From NCBI GenBank assembly GCA_963729895.1, contig CAVSQB010000012.1, forward strand, positions 64,001-128,000: a stretch of 64,000 nucleotides of DNA. The letters run 5' to 3'. This DNA comes from an uncultured Fibrobacterota bacterium. GTDB taxonomy: Bacteria; Fibrobacterota; Chitinivibrionia; Chitinivibrionales; FEN-1185. The position numbers and the translations under genes are program-made. Position 1 is the stretch's first letter, and every line of letters starts with the position of its first letter. Below the pieces are notes generated by a model. That model ran no database searches. It saw nothing but the letters and a program-made list of their open reading frames with translations, and was not told the DNA's origin. This document shows, piece by piece, positions 19,956 to 30,136 of this stretch.

Positions 19956-21110
19956 CTATTTATTAGCTTCCCTGATCCTTTTGACCACTTTTTCCATGAT
20001 CGCAACAGCAGTATGCACTTCATCTTTAGTGTTTTCTCTTCCCAGGGAGAACCTCACCGCGCACACGGCGTCAACTTTTCTCCTTCCCATGGCCAGCAAG
20101 GTGCGAGACGCACTTATCGACCCGGAAGAACAGGCAGCGCCGCCCGAGGCACATATTCCCTCCTGGTCAAGCGATGCCAGCAGGGATTCCGTTTCAGCGC
20201 CGGGGATACACAGGTTCAACGTGCCCGGAATTCTCTGGTCCGGGTGGCCGTTCCTCAAGACACGCTCTATTTTCGATGAGATCTCGCTGTGCAGCAGCTC
20301 GGTAAGACCGCGCAATCGCACAGCGTCTTCTTCCATTGTTATATGGGCAATTTCCGCAGCCCGAACAAACCCGAGAATGGCTGGCAGGTTTTCGGTGCCG
20401 GTTCGCACATGACGTTCCTGGCCGCCTCCGAAGCTGCGGGGATTGATCCGTGTTCCCTGCCTAATGTAAAGCGCACCGCATCCTTTGGGACCGTAGATCT
20501 TGTGCGAAGAAACCGACATGAGCGAAATTGACCCCTTTTCAACATTGACCGGTATCTTCCCAAAGGCTTGCACCGCGTCGCTATGAAAAGGAATGTTTCT
20601 TTTCTTGAGCATCTCCCCAATGCTCTGCACCGGCTGGACAGTGCCTATTTCATTGTTCGCAAACATGATTGAGACGAGCCTTGTGTTGTCGGTGACGCAG
20701 GCTTCCAGTTTGTCAATGGCAACCTGGCCATTGTCGTCTACCGGCGCCTGGGTGGCTTCAAAGCCTTTGGCCGAAAGGGTAAGCGCTGCCTCATGGACTG
20801 CAGGGTGTTCAATGGCCGAAATCACCACAGAGCCGTTCTTGTGCCTGTCCATCATTCCGAGTATCGCAAGATTGTCGGATTCGGTCCCGCCGGAGGTAAA
20901 ATAAATCTCCCTGGCAGATGCGCCGATAAGTCCGGCAAGACGTTCACGTGCGTTTTCGAGCCTGGCAAACGCTTTTCTCCCCACGGAGTGCGTTGATGAA
21001 GGATTTCCCCAGAATTCCTCCATTGCATCACGCATGACGTCCAGGACCTCGGGCAAGATCGGAGTTGTGGCGTTGTGGTCGAAGTAAATCATTTCCTTAT
21101 TCTTTCTCAT
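19956..21110 (-). CDS. Cysteine desulfurase (IscS/NifS group I)
   Basis: YFDHNATT, FTSGGTES, NNEIG, HSDAVQ, SSHKIYGPKG, ASGGAACSS; alternative start 21092. Confidence 0.92.
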   Translation of the reverse strand: MRKNKEMIYFDHNATTPILPEVLDVMRDAMEEFWGNPSSTHSVGRKAFARLENARERLAGLIGASAREIYFTSGGTESDNLAILGMMDRHKNGSVVISAIEHPAVHEAALTLSAKGFEATQAPVDDNGQVAIDKLEACVTDNTRLVSIMFANNEIGTVQPVQSIGEMLKKRNIPFHSDAVQAFGKIPVNVEKGSISLMSVSSHKIYGPKGCGALYIRQGTRINPRSFGGGQERHVRTGTENLPAILGFVRAAEIAHITMEEDAVRLRGLTELLHSEISSKIERVLRNGHPDQRIPGTLNLCIPGAETESLLASLDQEGICASGGAACSSGSISASRTLLAMGRRKVDAVCAVRFSLGRENTKDEVHTAVAIMEKVVKRIREANK

Positions 21111-21234
21111 GACAGTACATTCCGGAATTCCGCTGCAGGCGCCGACGCAATGCCCCATTCCCAGGAAAAATAGCAGGTATGCTGCGCGGCAGACAAAAAG
21201 AATTGCAGCCCGCAGTTTTTCAGGTCTTTCTATT

Positions 21235-22233
21235 TTAGTCCAGGCTGATCCCGCGCGCCTTTCTCACGAATAACAGCCACAGGAAGAAAGGACCGCCCAA
21301 GAGTGCGGTAATGACGCCAACCGGCATCTCCGCCGGCGCTATCACGACCCGCGCAAGGGTATCGCACAAGACAAGAAAAATGCCCCCGAAAAGAAATGAC
21401 GCCGGTCCAAGAACCGTGTGACCGGTCTTGAATACCATTTTGCAAATGTGCGGGGTCATGAGCCCCACAAATCCGATGGGGCCGCATACCGCAACAATGC
21501 TGCCTACCATGAGCGTCGCGGCAAAGAGCAGCAGATTCTTCGTCCGGTTCACCCGTACTCCCCTGGTCTTGGCAAGGTCGTCGCCGACAAGCAAGTGGTC
21601 GAGCTCCGGAAGTTTGACTGCCAGGATGGCGGTGCCGAGCCCGAGGAATGGCGCCATGGAGAGAAACGGCTGGTATCCAAACACCTCAATTCCTCCCATG
21701 AGCCAGCGTACAATATGGAACGAATCCCGAAGCGAACTCATGTACTGCATGAACATGAGCATGCTTGAAAAAAGAAAACTGATGGCAATGCCCGCCAGTA
21801 GCATGGTGAGATTTGTTGAAGCCCGCTGCAATGACGAAAGCACGTAAACGCACGCCATGGAAGCCGCTGCGCCGAGAAATGCGCCGAGCGAAATGTAGGG
21901 CACACCCGCCACCGCGCCGCTCATGCCGAGCAGAATGGTTGTCGCTGCGCCGCAGGATGCGCCGCTGGAGATACCAAGGGTAAATGGGTCCGCCAGCGGG
22001 TTGCGAAACATGGCCTGAAACATCATCCCGCATAAAGCCAGACCGCTCCCGGCGCTAAATGCCACCAGCACGCGGGGTATGCGAAGGGTCAGTAGGATGG
22101 TGGCCTGCAAATCGCCGGCAAACAGGTGGCGTGGCGAAATGAATTGCATGCCGACAAAAGGGGCTGTTGCAAGGACCACGACTGCGGCGATGGAGAGGAA
22201 CATGAGTTGAAGCAAGCTCGATCCGGTTTTCAT
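21235..22233 (-). CDS. FecCD/BtuC-family ABC permease (likely cobalamin)
   Basis: LRIPRV, FRNPLADPFTLGISSGA, GPIGFVGL, EMPVGVITALLGGPFFL. Confidence 0.9.
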   Translation of the reverse strand: MKTGSSLLQLMFLSIAAVVVLATAPFVGMQFISPRHLFAGDLQATILLTLRIPRVLVAFSAGSGLALCGMMFQAMFRNPLADPFTLGISSGASCGAATTILLGMSGAVAGVPYISLGAFLGAAASMACVYVLSSLQRASTNLTMLLAGIAISFLFSSMLMFMQYMSSLRDSFHIVRWLMGGIEVFGYQPFLSMAPFLGLGTAILAVKLPELDHLLVGDDLAKTRGVRVNRTKNLLLFAATLMVGSIVAVCGPIGFVGLMTPHICKMVFKTGHTVLGPASFLFGGIFLVLCDTLARVVIAPAEMPVGVITALLGGPFFLWLLFVRKARGISLD

Positions 22234-23069
22234 ACCTCTTCCCCCGGAACAATGATCATCCGGTTCGAGCCGCGGCAGCGCGCTTCTTCAAACCGTACGG
22301 TAAAGATGTCGTTCAGTACCGCCGGGCAGTTCTCCTTGAACCGCTCGGTTGTTCCGGCAAAAAACAGTGTCCCGTTGAGCAGGGCCAGAACATTGGAAAA
22401 CTTCGTGACCGCAAAATTGACATCGTGCGTAATTGTCACGATGGTCGAGCCGAATTCATGATGAATCCGGTCGAGCGTCCTGGACACCAGCTGCTGGTGA
22501 AGAGGATCCAGAAACGTTGCGGGTTCGTCAAGCAGCAAGATGCTGCTCTCCTGGGCAACGGCGCCGGCCAGGAACACTCGTTGCAGCTCGCCGCCCGAAA
22601 GCGTAGTCATAAGGCGGTCTCGTAGTCCTTCCACGTCGGTCAGGGCAAGCGCCTCCTCTACGATGCGGTTGTCCGCTTCAGTCGGGATTGCCATGAGTCC
22701 CTGGTACGGGAAGCGGGCAAGCATGACGAAATCAAAGACCTTGTAGGGCGCAAGGCTGCGTACGGTTGCCTGTGGAACATACGAGATGATCCGTGCCCTG
22801 GTGCGGGGCTTAAGTGCCGCGATATCGATCCCGTTTATCAAGATACTCCCCGGCCGCACGGCAAGCAGCCCGGCTATGCATTTGATGAGCGTGGATTTTC
22901 CCACCCCGTTCTTGCCGATAATAGACCAGGTCTCACCGCCCCCGATTGAAAAGGAGACTCCGGTGAGGACCGTCTTTTCCCTGTAGGAGTACGACAGATT
23001 TTGCACATCGATTACAGGAGGTGCTGCTGCCATCCTAGCGTTTCCTGTGTTCTTTTCGGAATTCTTCAA
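22230..23069 (-). CDS. ABC ATPase (BtuD/FepC-like)
   Basis: GKNGVGKST, LSGGELQR, LLLDEP, ITHD. Confidence 0.9.
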   Translation of the reverse strand: MKNSEKNTGNARMAAAPPVIDVQNLSYSYREKTVLTGVSFSIGGGETWSIIGKNGVGKSTLIKCIAGLLAVRPGSILINGIDIAALKPRTRARIISYVPQATVRSLAPYKVFDFVMLARFPYQGLMAIPTEADNRIVEEALALTDVEGLRDRLMTTLSGGELQRVFLAGAVAQESSILLLDEPATFLDPLHQQLVSRTLDRIHHEFGSTIVTITHDVNFAVTKFSNVLALLNGTLFFAGTTERFKENCPAVLNDIFTVRFEEARCRGSNRMIIVPGEEV

Positions 23070-23994
23070 CGGTCCTTCTGATTTCCCTCAAAATCAATGC
23101 GATGCGCGGCCCGGGTATGGTCATGTAATCGCCGTTTGGACAGAATACCAGGCTGTTCTTTACAGCCGGGACCATCGACAGCGCTTTCCAGTCATCTCTC
23201 ACCTTGTCGTGCAGTGCGCCGGCAGCAGATGTCGTGAGATCCACAATTATATCCGGGGCAAGCCTCATTATTCCCTCAGCCGAGAACGATGGGTATTCGA
23301 AGGATGAGTCGGCGGAGGCGTTTGCGCCGCCCCCGTACTTTATCAACTGATCGTAGAAGCTCTTTGGTCCTGCGATGTACACCTTTGCGATGGCGCCTGT
23401 TCCAGGGTCGTCCCTATCTACACATAACAAAATCTTGGGGCGGCTGGCCGCAGCAGTTGTGTCAGCTATTTCGGCTTTTATCGATTGTACAAGTGAATCC
23501 GCCTCTCTTGTTTTTCCGAAAAGCCCGCCGATTGTGCGAAACGACCGCAGGATATCCCGGAAGTTTTCGTCATCGATTATCCGAAACGCAATTCCGTTTT
23601 TCGCAAGAAAGGAGGCAATTGACGAATGCTCCCTGAGAAGGAACACCAGGTCGGGTTTGAGCGAAAGGATCATTTCGAAATTAGGGTCCAAATACCCGCC
23701 TATCTGCGGCAGGTTTTGCACCTGCCGAGGGTAGGTACAATACCGTGTGACTCCCACCACCCTGTTGCCAAGACCGAGCGCAAAAAGCGTTTCGGTAATG
23801 CTTGGCGCAAACGAGATGATACGCTTTGGTGTGGCGGTCGTGGAATGCTGCACAGGCGTGCACCCGGCCAGGGTTGCCACCCAAATGCTCATGCCCGCAA
23901 TCAGCGGGCTATGGAGAGATCGCATTCGTATCATCCTCGACCTTAATGAGCCGCGCGATGCCGGTTCCAGCGGCGAGCCGATGCCGTTCGACAC
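23035..23994 (-). CDS. Helical-backbone substrate-binding lipoprotein (BtuF-like)
   Basis: LAGC lipobox, RIISFAPSITETLFALG, VGVTRYCTYP, PGPR; true start probably 60-70 nt downstream. Confidence 0.85.
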   Translation of the reverse strand: MSNGIGSPLEPASRGSLRSRMIRMRSLHSPLIAGMSIWVATLAGCTPVQHSTTATPKRIISFAPSITETLFALGLGNRVVGVTRYCTYPRQVQNLPQIGGYLDPNFEMILSLKPDLVFLLREHSSIASFLAKNGIAFRIIDDENFRDILRSFRTIGGLFGKTREADSLVQSIKAEIADTTAAASRPKILLCVDRDDPGTGAIAKVYIAGPKSFYDQLIKYGGGANASADSSFEYPSFSAEGIMRLAPDIIVDLTTSAAGALHDKVRDDWKALSMVPAVKNSLVFCPNGDYMTIPGPRIALILREIRRTVEEFRKEHRKR

Positions 23995-24006
23995 TGAGTA
24001 GCCGGA

Positions 24007-25128
24007 CTATCGGGCCGTTTGCAAAAAAGCCAGAGAATTGGGAGGCAGACCGACGTTCTTGGTCGTGCCGATCTTTGCATCTGTCACCGGATCTATAACC
24101 ACAATTCCCGGCGTCGAATTGCTTCGATCACCCACATAAACATACGTCCCGTCAAACGCCATGTGCCCGCTGCAGGGCGCATCGAGGCCGGCAATTCTGG
24201 GGCCCACGGTTTTTGCCTGCGGGTTAAAGGAATGCAGTTCGGTCGTAAACGTCGGAGTTGAAATCACCGCATAGCCCTTTGTGTCGCTCACGACAATTAT
24301 TGAGGCTATGTCGCCAGAAAATGCGGATTCGGTGACTATCGATCCGGTATTGGTATCCGTGCTCAAGTCGATTTCTTCAATTCCAGCATCATTCACTCCC
24401 CATATTCCAACGCTGCCGACATAGAGTTTTCCGTTGAAGATGGATAATTCCTGCGGGTTTTTATAGATAAGGTTGATGGCTTTCTCTAAAGTGTCCGTTG
24501 TTGCATTAATCACAACAATCTTGCTGGTGTCCGCGGCCTGAATATATCCCCCGGCAGGAGCTTTGAGACGTTGGCAGGCAACGTACACTTTGCCGTTATA
24601 ATACAATTCCTTGCTCGCATAGGGAACGCTGTCTGCGTTGACAGTTCCAGCGTAGGTGTCGAATCCCGATAGATCAACCGTCTTACCCGTTCGCACGCCT
24701 GTTGAGGGATTAACAATAACCACTTTCGAGCCGTAGAGTTCCGTGACATAGGCCTTTGATGCGCTCACAAGGGCGATGTCCTGAATATCAACGGACGCGC
24801 CTATGTTCTTTTCGTAAACGACCGTCGATTCCGCGATGGTCGATCCGTTGATTCGCATCAGGTTGTCCTTACCGTACCGTTCGAGCACGTATATCGCCCC
24901 GTTGGACGTTCTGATGTCGTTGTCGGACCAAATCGACAGAAGGTTCGCGTAGGCGGTGGTGTCCGAAATGCTGTAGTAGCCCATGTTGCCCGCGGAATAA
25001 TCGTAGTCGATGGTCACCGCGACAATTGACTGGGCAGATGAGGTTTGGGGCGATGCGGGGTTGGTCTTTTGGGAACAGCCGACACAAAGTGCAAGAACAC
25101 CGAATGTGGTGACAAGAAACCTGTTCAT
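24007..25128 (-). CDS. Surface lipoprotein, YncE/BtuG-like beta-propeller
   Basis: CVGC lipobox; repeated KAYV/KVYV/KLYV/KGYA + VIN/VID blades; GGAG RBS; directly after the TonB-dependent receptor. Confidence 0.7.
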   Translation of the reverse strand: MNRFLVTTFGVLALCVGCSQKTNPASPQTSSAQSIVAVTIDYDYSAGNMGYYSISDTTAYANLLSIWSDNDIRTSNGAIYVLERYGKDNLMRINGSTIAESTVVYEKNIGASVDIQDIALVSASKAYVTELYGSKVVIVNPSTGVRTGKTVDLSGFDTYAGTVNADSVPYASKELYYNGKVYVACQRLKAPAGGYIQAADTSKIVVINATTDTLEKAINLIYKNPQELSIFNGKLYVGSVGIWGVNDAGIEEIDLSTDTNTGSIVTESAFSGDIASIIVVSDTKGYAVISTPTFTTELHSFNPQAKTVGPRIAGLDAPCSGHMAFDGTYVYVGDRSNSTPGIVVIDPVTDAKIGTTKNVGLPPNSLAFLQTAR

Positions 25129-25260
25129 TTGAAACTCTCCTTTGGTGAACGATGATTGATTGTTGGTATAGGCAAAACGTGTCTTTTCCCAGCCGTACGG
25201 TCCGGCTGCACATGAACAACTGCTCATGAATGTACGCGTGAATTCATGAGGTTCCTCCTT

Positions 25261-27375
25261 CTAAAACGTGCATTTCAAGACCGCGTATTGCGAAAGGCCG
25301 GGCAACGGCCTCTGGAAATCGTAATTGCGGACATTGAGATAGTTTTCTATTCTGTACGATATGTCGAAATGGGAGCCCAGCGCGCATCCGATGCCAGCGT
25401 CCAATTGTGGAATGTTCTGCACGACGCTGTCGGTGATTCCCGGATTGGTGAAATACCGCGAGATGAATCGGGCCGAATGGCTGGCATACCAGTTCTTGTA
25501 CGTTAATTTGATGGTCAGGTCGTCCTTGAACCTCGGCTGCAGAGGCTCGTCTGTTCCGTTCAATTCGGAAATCACACTCGAATGAACGATGTTTTCCATA
25601 TAGCTCACCGAATTCGAGACGGTGAGCCACGGCAAGGCCGTTACCGCCGCATCGCCTTCCACGCCCCAGCCCCGAACGTCCGAAACATTCTTGGGCTCGA
25701 ATATGAGGGAGCTCGACGTATATACGATCTTGTTCCTGCAATCGTCCCAGAAGGCCGAGCCCGACAGGGCAAGCCATTGCCGCACAACGGAAAACCCGAG
25801 GTCGTATTCGAGCCTGGTCTCGGGAAAAAGCGCCGAGTTCCCTTTCACGGTCGCGCTTTGGGAATACAATTCAGAAAATCCGGGGCTGCGGCTCGTATAC
25901 TGAACGCTGCCGAGAAGAGAAAGCCAGGAAAGCGGCCGGTACTTCACTTCCGAAAACCCATTCGGGAATCCCTTTTTGGACATTCCGCCGCCCGTCATCA
26001 CCTGCCCGTATGATGTTGAGAAACTGTCGTTGGTGGAATCGATCTGGTATCTGTAAATTCCACCTATGCGGGCGGAAAGACCTCTCAGCAGGTATATATC
26101 AACCTCGGCGCCCGCCTTGCCAGTGAGGCGTATGTAACGCGGCGGCTGTGTCTCGCCCGCCGGGGCAAGCATATCCGTGCGGTTGTAGCCGTCGTAACTG
26201 CCGCTGAGCAAGGCGGTGGCGATCAAATGGCTGGTCACGGTCCATTTGGCAGTTCCCTCAAGACAGCCGAACGGCTGGGTTTCGTCCGTTGAAATGGGCT
26301 GGGTGGTGAGATAATAGGGCCTGCTTCTCTGAAATTTGCGATCGTCTGTTTTCCCCTTTGCGTTTATTGCGATCGTCAAACCGGGATCAATAGTCGTCGT
26401 GTATGACTCCAACAGCATAACGTTGCTGTTTCGCACGGTTCCGTCGTTGAAGCCTGCCTGCGGCAGATAGAAAATTCCCTCGTTCGTGACCAGTGCCGAA
26501 ATCTGCGAGGTAAGCCTGCTTCGGTCGTTTATTCTGAAGACGTTCGAGTAGGCGGACGAAAAGGTGGAGAAGAAATTGTTGTCCATTGTTCTTTGCGAAT
26601 CGTCGGCCGCGGCCGAACTTCCATACCTCACGATGTTGTCGGTGTAGGGATAATCGTTGTCGGCCCACCCGCAGTTCACCGATAGCCGGTGCGTCATGCG
26701 GCCGAGCGTCTTTACGAGAACTGCGTTTCCAATACGGTACCCGAACGATCCCGCCTCCAGGGAGGCGGCCACGACATCCTTTTTAGAATCGGTGGTGAGA
26801 TCGATCACACCGCCGGCATTATCGCCGAAGATTTCCAGCGGCGGCGTCGATTTGTAAACGGTGACCGTTTCCAGCGACGCCAGCGGAATCTTGGAAATGT
26901 CCACGGCGTCGCCCGTGGCCCCGTTGAGGGGTAAACCGTCGACGTACACCTGCACCTGGCTGGGCGAGCTGCCGCGGATCGACGCGTCGGCATAATGGCC
27001 GAAACCTCCCCTATCGCAGATCATCACACCCGAAACCGTTTCCAGCACCGACTGCAGATCAACATATTTGCCCGAAAAGTCCTTTGCCTCCAGCGTTACC
27101 TTGGACGGGGTGTATTCCTTGATTCTGTTTCCGGTGACAACCATTTTGTCAACCGTTGTTGATGAATCGGGCCTGTTCACCGCGCCGATGTTTCGATGGC
27201 CGCCGGAACTCGCCCGGAGCGTATCTTTTGCCCGGGAACCGGCGTTCGGGAAGGTGTCAAGATTTTCAGTTGGTGGAGGAACGCGAAGGCTGTCCGGTCC
27301 GACCACAGTCGAATCGACATGCATTGCCGCAACGGCGGAAACGCTCAAGCAGGCGGAGAAAAGGAAAACTCGCAC
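25261..27375 (-). CDS. TonB-dependent receptor (BtuB-like)
   Basis: Signal peptide, VVTG, SIRGS..QVQVYVDG plug, GGVIDLTT, IENYLN, C-terminal Phe; downstream of the cobalamin riboswitch. Confidence 0.88.
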   Translation of the reverse strand: MRVFLFSACLSVSAVAAMHVDSTVVGPDSLRVPPPTENLDTFPNAGSRAKDTLRASSGGHRNIGAVNRPDSSTTVDKMVVTGNRIKEYTPSKVTLEAKDFSGKYVDLQSVLETVSGVMICDRGGFGHYADASIRGSSPSQVQVYVDGLPLNGATGDAVDISKIPLASLETVTVYKSTPPLEIFGDNAGGVIDLTTDSKKDVVAASLEAGSFGYRIGNAVLVKTLGRMTHRLSVNCGWADNDYPYTDNIVRYGSSAAADDSQRTMDNNFFSTFSSAYSNVFRINDRSRLTSQISALVTNEGIFYLPQAGFNDGTVRNSNVMLLESYTTTIDPGLTIAINAKGKTDDRKFQRSRPYYLTTQPISTDETQPFGCLEGTAKWTVTSHLIATALLSGSYDGYNRTDMLAPAGETQPPRYIRLTGKAGAEVDIYLLRGLSARIGGIYRYQIDSTNDSFSTSYGQVMTGGGMSKKGFPNGFSEVKYRPLSWLSLLGSVQYTSRSPGFSELYSQSATVKGNSALFPETRLEYDLGFSVVRQWLALSGSAFWDDCRNKIVYTSSSLIFEPKNVSDVRGWGVEGDAAVTALPWLTVSNSVSYMENIVHSSVISELNGTDEPLQPRFKDDLTIKLTYKNWYASHSARFISRYFTNPGITDSVVQNIPQLDAGIGCALGSHFDISYRIENYLNVRNYDFQRPLPGLSQYAVLKCTF

Positions 27376-27430
27376 GGATCGGAATTCCTTGATCCCATCC
27401 CTCGGGGATCGCCGACGAATTTGACAAAAG

Positions 27431-27597
27431 CATGTTCAGGTAGGTCTCCTGGCTCCCCCATCCGGCGAATCGGCCTTCCCGTTTCGCTGTCGAAACAGTG
27501 GCCGTGGCATTGATACCCTTCGCGCGCGCGAAGAGCGGGGTTACAGTGGCGGGTCCGCTCCCGAATTTAACGGGATTCCCTTGGCACCTCAACATGA
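27431..27597 (-). ncRNA. Cobalamin riboswitch
   Basis: Minus strand AGGTG..AAGGGAATCCCGTTAAATTCGGGAGCGGACCCGCCACTGTAA...GCCACTG...GGGAAGG...GAGCCAGGAGACCTACC (B12 box); P1 CATGTT/AACATG. Confidence 0.95.
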
Positions 27598-27691
27598 GAA
27601 AGAACGGATTCTAAACTAATTTATTGAAAAGCCTCACACAAGTGAACTCACGGCCCGTTTTACCTGTCCGGGAAGCGGGACGTCGGGCACG

Positions 27692-28063
27692 TTAGGCCAG
27701 GAACGCATTTCTTATATGGTCAATTTTCCCCTTGTAAATCGTTATCACGTCAAAGCGGCAGGCGCGGTCGGCGTACCGGTGTTCGGCAAGATACCGTTTC
27801 GCCATGTTCGCTATGGTGCGCTGTTTCTGCCGCGTCACCCAGAACGCAGGGTTGCCGAAGCGGCCCGATTGCGCCGATTTGACCTCGAGAAACACAAGCG
27901 TGCCCGACGGGTCTTCCGCGATGCAATCCAGTTCGCCGTTCCTCGATTGATAATTACGAGAAAGAACGGTGTAGCCCTGCGAGAGAAGATATTCCGCGGC
28001 CGCGTCCTCGCCGCCGGCGCCTTTGCTGCGGGTATTTTCCCGTAAAGGAACGGCGCTGTTCAT
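27692..28063 (-). CDS. YraN family (UPF0102) nuclease-like protein
   Basis: GAGGEDAAAEYL, RNY..GELDCIA, LVFLEVK, RFDVI. Confidence 0.9.
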   Translation of the reverse strand: MNSAVPLRENTRSKGAGGEDAAAEYLLSQGYTVLSRNYQSRNGELDCIAEDPSGTLVFLEVKSAQSGRFGNPAFWVTRQKQRTIANMAKRYLAEHRYADRACRFDVITIYKGKIDHIRNAFLA

Positions 28064-28076
28064 GGGCGGGCCCCCA

Positions 28077-29183
28077 TTATTTGTGGCCGATAAGATGGTT
28101 GAGCAGGAGCGCGGCCAGAATTGCGATAAGGCTCAGCGTGAGCCACTGGTCCTCAAGAAGATCGAGCCAATAGCCTTTGTCAAAGAGAAAGAAAGTGTTC
28201 TGTTTCCTGCGCGAGTGCCGCCGGTCGCCCGAGCGGCGATCGGTGATTCGCTTGTCGGCGTACTTGTCGTCGTCCTGTCCTTCGTCCCGCGGGTCCTTGT
28301 GCACCGCAAACGAAAGCGTAGTGCGGTCGACGCTCTCGTTCAGGTCCACCGAATCGAGATGCTCAAGCATTTCTTCCACGGATTCGTAGCGTTCTTTCTT
28401 GTCTTTTTTGAGCGCCTTGAGGATGATAAGCTCAAGCCGTTTCGGCGTATCACGCCGCTTCACGGACGGCGGAATAGGTATTTCGTGGACATGCTTGTAC
28501 GCGGTTGCCACGGGATTGTTCGCGAGAAAAGGAGGCTTCTTCACGAGCATTTCGTAGATCACAATTCCCAGAGAGTAAATATCGGTTGCGGCATCCACAT
28601 CTTCGCCCTCGGCCTGTTCGGGAGACATGTACTCGGGAGTTCCTACCGTGACGCCGGTCATGGTGATGCCCGCCGAGGAAAAGATCTTCGCAATGCCGAA
28701 ATCCGACAGCCGGGCGATGTTCTCTTTGTCCAGCAGGATGTTCTGGGGCTTGATGTCCCGGTGAATAACATCCTTGCTGTGCGCGTAGCGAAGCCCGCGG
28801 CAGATCTGTTTGGCAATGTCGATAATCTCGGTTGCCGGAAGTACCTTTTTGCCCTGAATCCTCGCCGACAGGTTTTCACCGTCCACAAACTGCATGGCGA
28901 AAAAACGGTACCCTTTGTCTTCCCCGTAGTCGTAGAGACTCACAATATTCTGGTGCTGGAGCAGCGAGATTGCGTCGGCTTCGATCTTGAAACGTTTGGA
29001 AAGCTCGTCGTTTATTGACAACTGCGGTGGGAGCACTTTGAGCGCCACTATCCGGTTGAGCGGCTCCTGGACGGCTTTGTACACAACGCCCATGCCGCCC
29101 ATGCCGATAATCTGGAGGATCTTGAATTTTCCGATGTAGTCCGGCAGATACGCCGGTTCTTTGATGTTGGTTTCCATCGGCAT
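28077..29183 (-). CDS. Hanks-type Ser/Thr protein kinase with C-terminal TM anchor
   Basis: GMGGMGVV, VALK, HRDIKPQN, DFG, GTPEYMSPEQ, DIYSLG; terminal hydrophobic helix. Confidence 0.93.
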   Translation of the reverse strand: MPMETNIKEPAYLPDYIGKFKILQIIGMGGMGVVYKAVQEPLNRIVALKVLPPQLSINDELSKRFKIEADAISLLQHQNIVSLYDYGEDKGYRFFAMQFVDGENLSARIQGKKVLPATEIIDIAKQICRGLRYAHSKDVIHRDIKPQNILLDKENIARLSDFGIAKIFSSAGITMTGVTVGTPEYMSPEQAEGEDVDAATDIYSLGIVIYEMLVKKPPFLANNPVATAYKHVHEIPIPPSVKRRDTPKRLELIILKALKKDKKERYESVEEMLEHLDSVDLNESVDRTTLSFAVHKDPRDEGQDDDKYADKRITDRRSGDRRHSRRKQNTFFLFDKGYWLDLLEDQWLTLSLIAILAALLLNHLIGHK

Positions 29184-29235
29184 GAATAACTCCCCGGTGC
29201 AGGCAAGGGTCGAAGAAGACCTTGTCTTAAATTAA

Positions 29236-30136
29236 GGTAATTATAAAGGATCTTGCACCAAATTAGTGATCATTTTGACAAGTTTTTCAAAGAAATTTTC
29301 ATGACGATGATTGTACCGAAAAGCCATTTCGTTCAGATACCCTGGAAAGTATTCTTTGGAGACTCCATGGAACTTTGCAAGACGTTCCTTAGCATAGCTC
29401 CAGAAGCCTTCCAAACCGTTAATATAAACTTTGCCTGTGGCAAATCTTTTCCCATGGTCGACTCTCAAATGCCGATAACCGCAGAACATCAGGGCGTCAT
29501 AGCCGCGGAATTTGTCAGTGTAAATGATGGAGCCTCGTCTGACCATTTTCACAGTCTCAGTCAACAGGCTTTCGGCAGTGACGTTTTTTACTACTGTCAC
29601 CTTCACTTTTCCGTGTCTCTCCAGGATACCAAAGACGGGAACCTTTCCGGCAGCACCCCGGCCACGTTTACCTTTACGCCTGCCGCCGAAGTAGGATTCA
29701 TCGAGCTCAACCTCTCCAGAGAGCCAGAAATCGCTTTCAGCGACCATCAAGGCCCTTCGGATGAGATTACACATCCGCAAGACCGTGGGATAGCTCAAAC
29801 CGATCTGAGTTGCTATCCTGCGTGCTGAGACTTCCAGTTCAAAGAGCTTAATGATCCACAGCAGCTTTTTCAGAGGGACGCGGCACTGACCAATCCACCG
29901 ATTCGAGAAGTCATGAAAGGTATTTCCGCATCGTTTGCACCTGAACTTTTTACCTTTTAAACGATAGATTTTATGGCTGTTACAATTGATGCAGAAAACA
30001 TGGCCATTTTTCCAACAGAACTTTCTGAGGAACAATTTTGCCCTGTTTTCAGTTTTCCCTATGAATTCAAAGGTTTCTAATTGACTAAAGCCCATATGCA
30101 CAAGATAATTCCTGTGCAAGATGTTTTATAATCACC
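29236..30136 (-). mobile_element. IS1595-family insertion sequence (901 bp)
   Basis: 23-bp imperfect IRs (GGTAATTATAAAGGATCTTGCAC vs GGTGATTATAAAACATCTTGCAC) and 8-bp TSD TAAATTAA (29228-29235, 30137-30144). Confidence 0.92.
29241..30119 (-). CDS. IS1595-family transposase
   Basis: N-terminal CxxC...CxxC Zn ribbon, VELDESYFGG, IYTD, INGLEGFWS. Confidence 0.92.
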   Translation of the reverse strand: MHRNYLVHMGFSQLETFEFIGKTENRAKLFLRKFCWKNGHVFCINCNSHKIYRLKGKKFRCKRCGNTFHDFSNRWIGQCRVPLKKLLWIIKLFELEVSARRIATQIGLSYPTVLRMCNLIRRALMVAESDFWLSGEVELDESYFGGRRKGKRGRGAAGKVPVFGILERHGKVKVTVVKNVTAESLLTETVKMVRRGSIIYTDKFRGYDALMFCGYRHLRVDHGKRFATGKVYINGLEGFWSYAKERLAKFHGVSKEYFPGYLNEMAFRYNHRHENFFEKLVKMITNLVQDPL

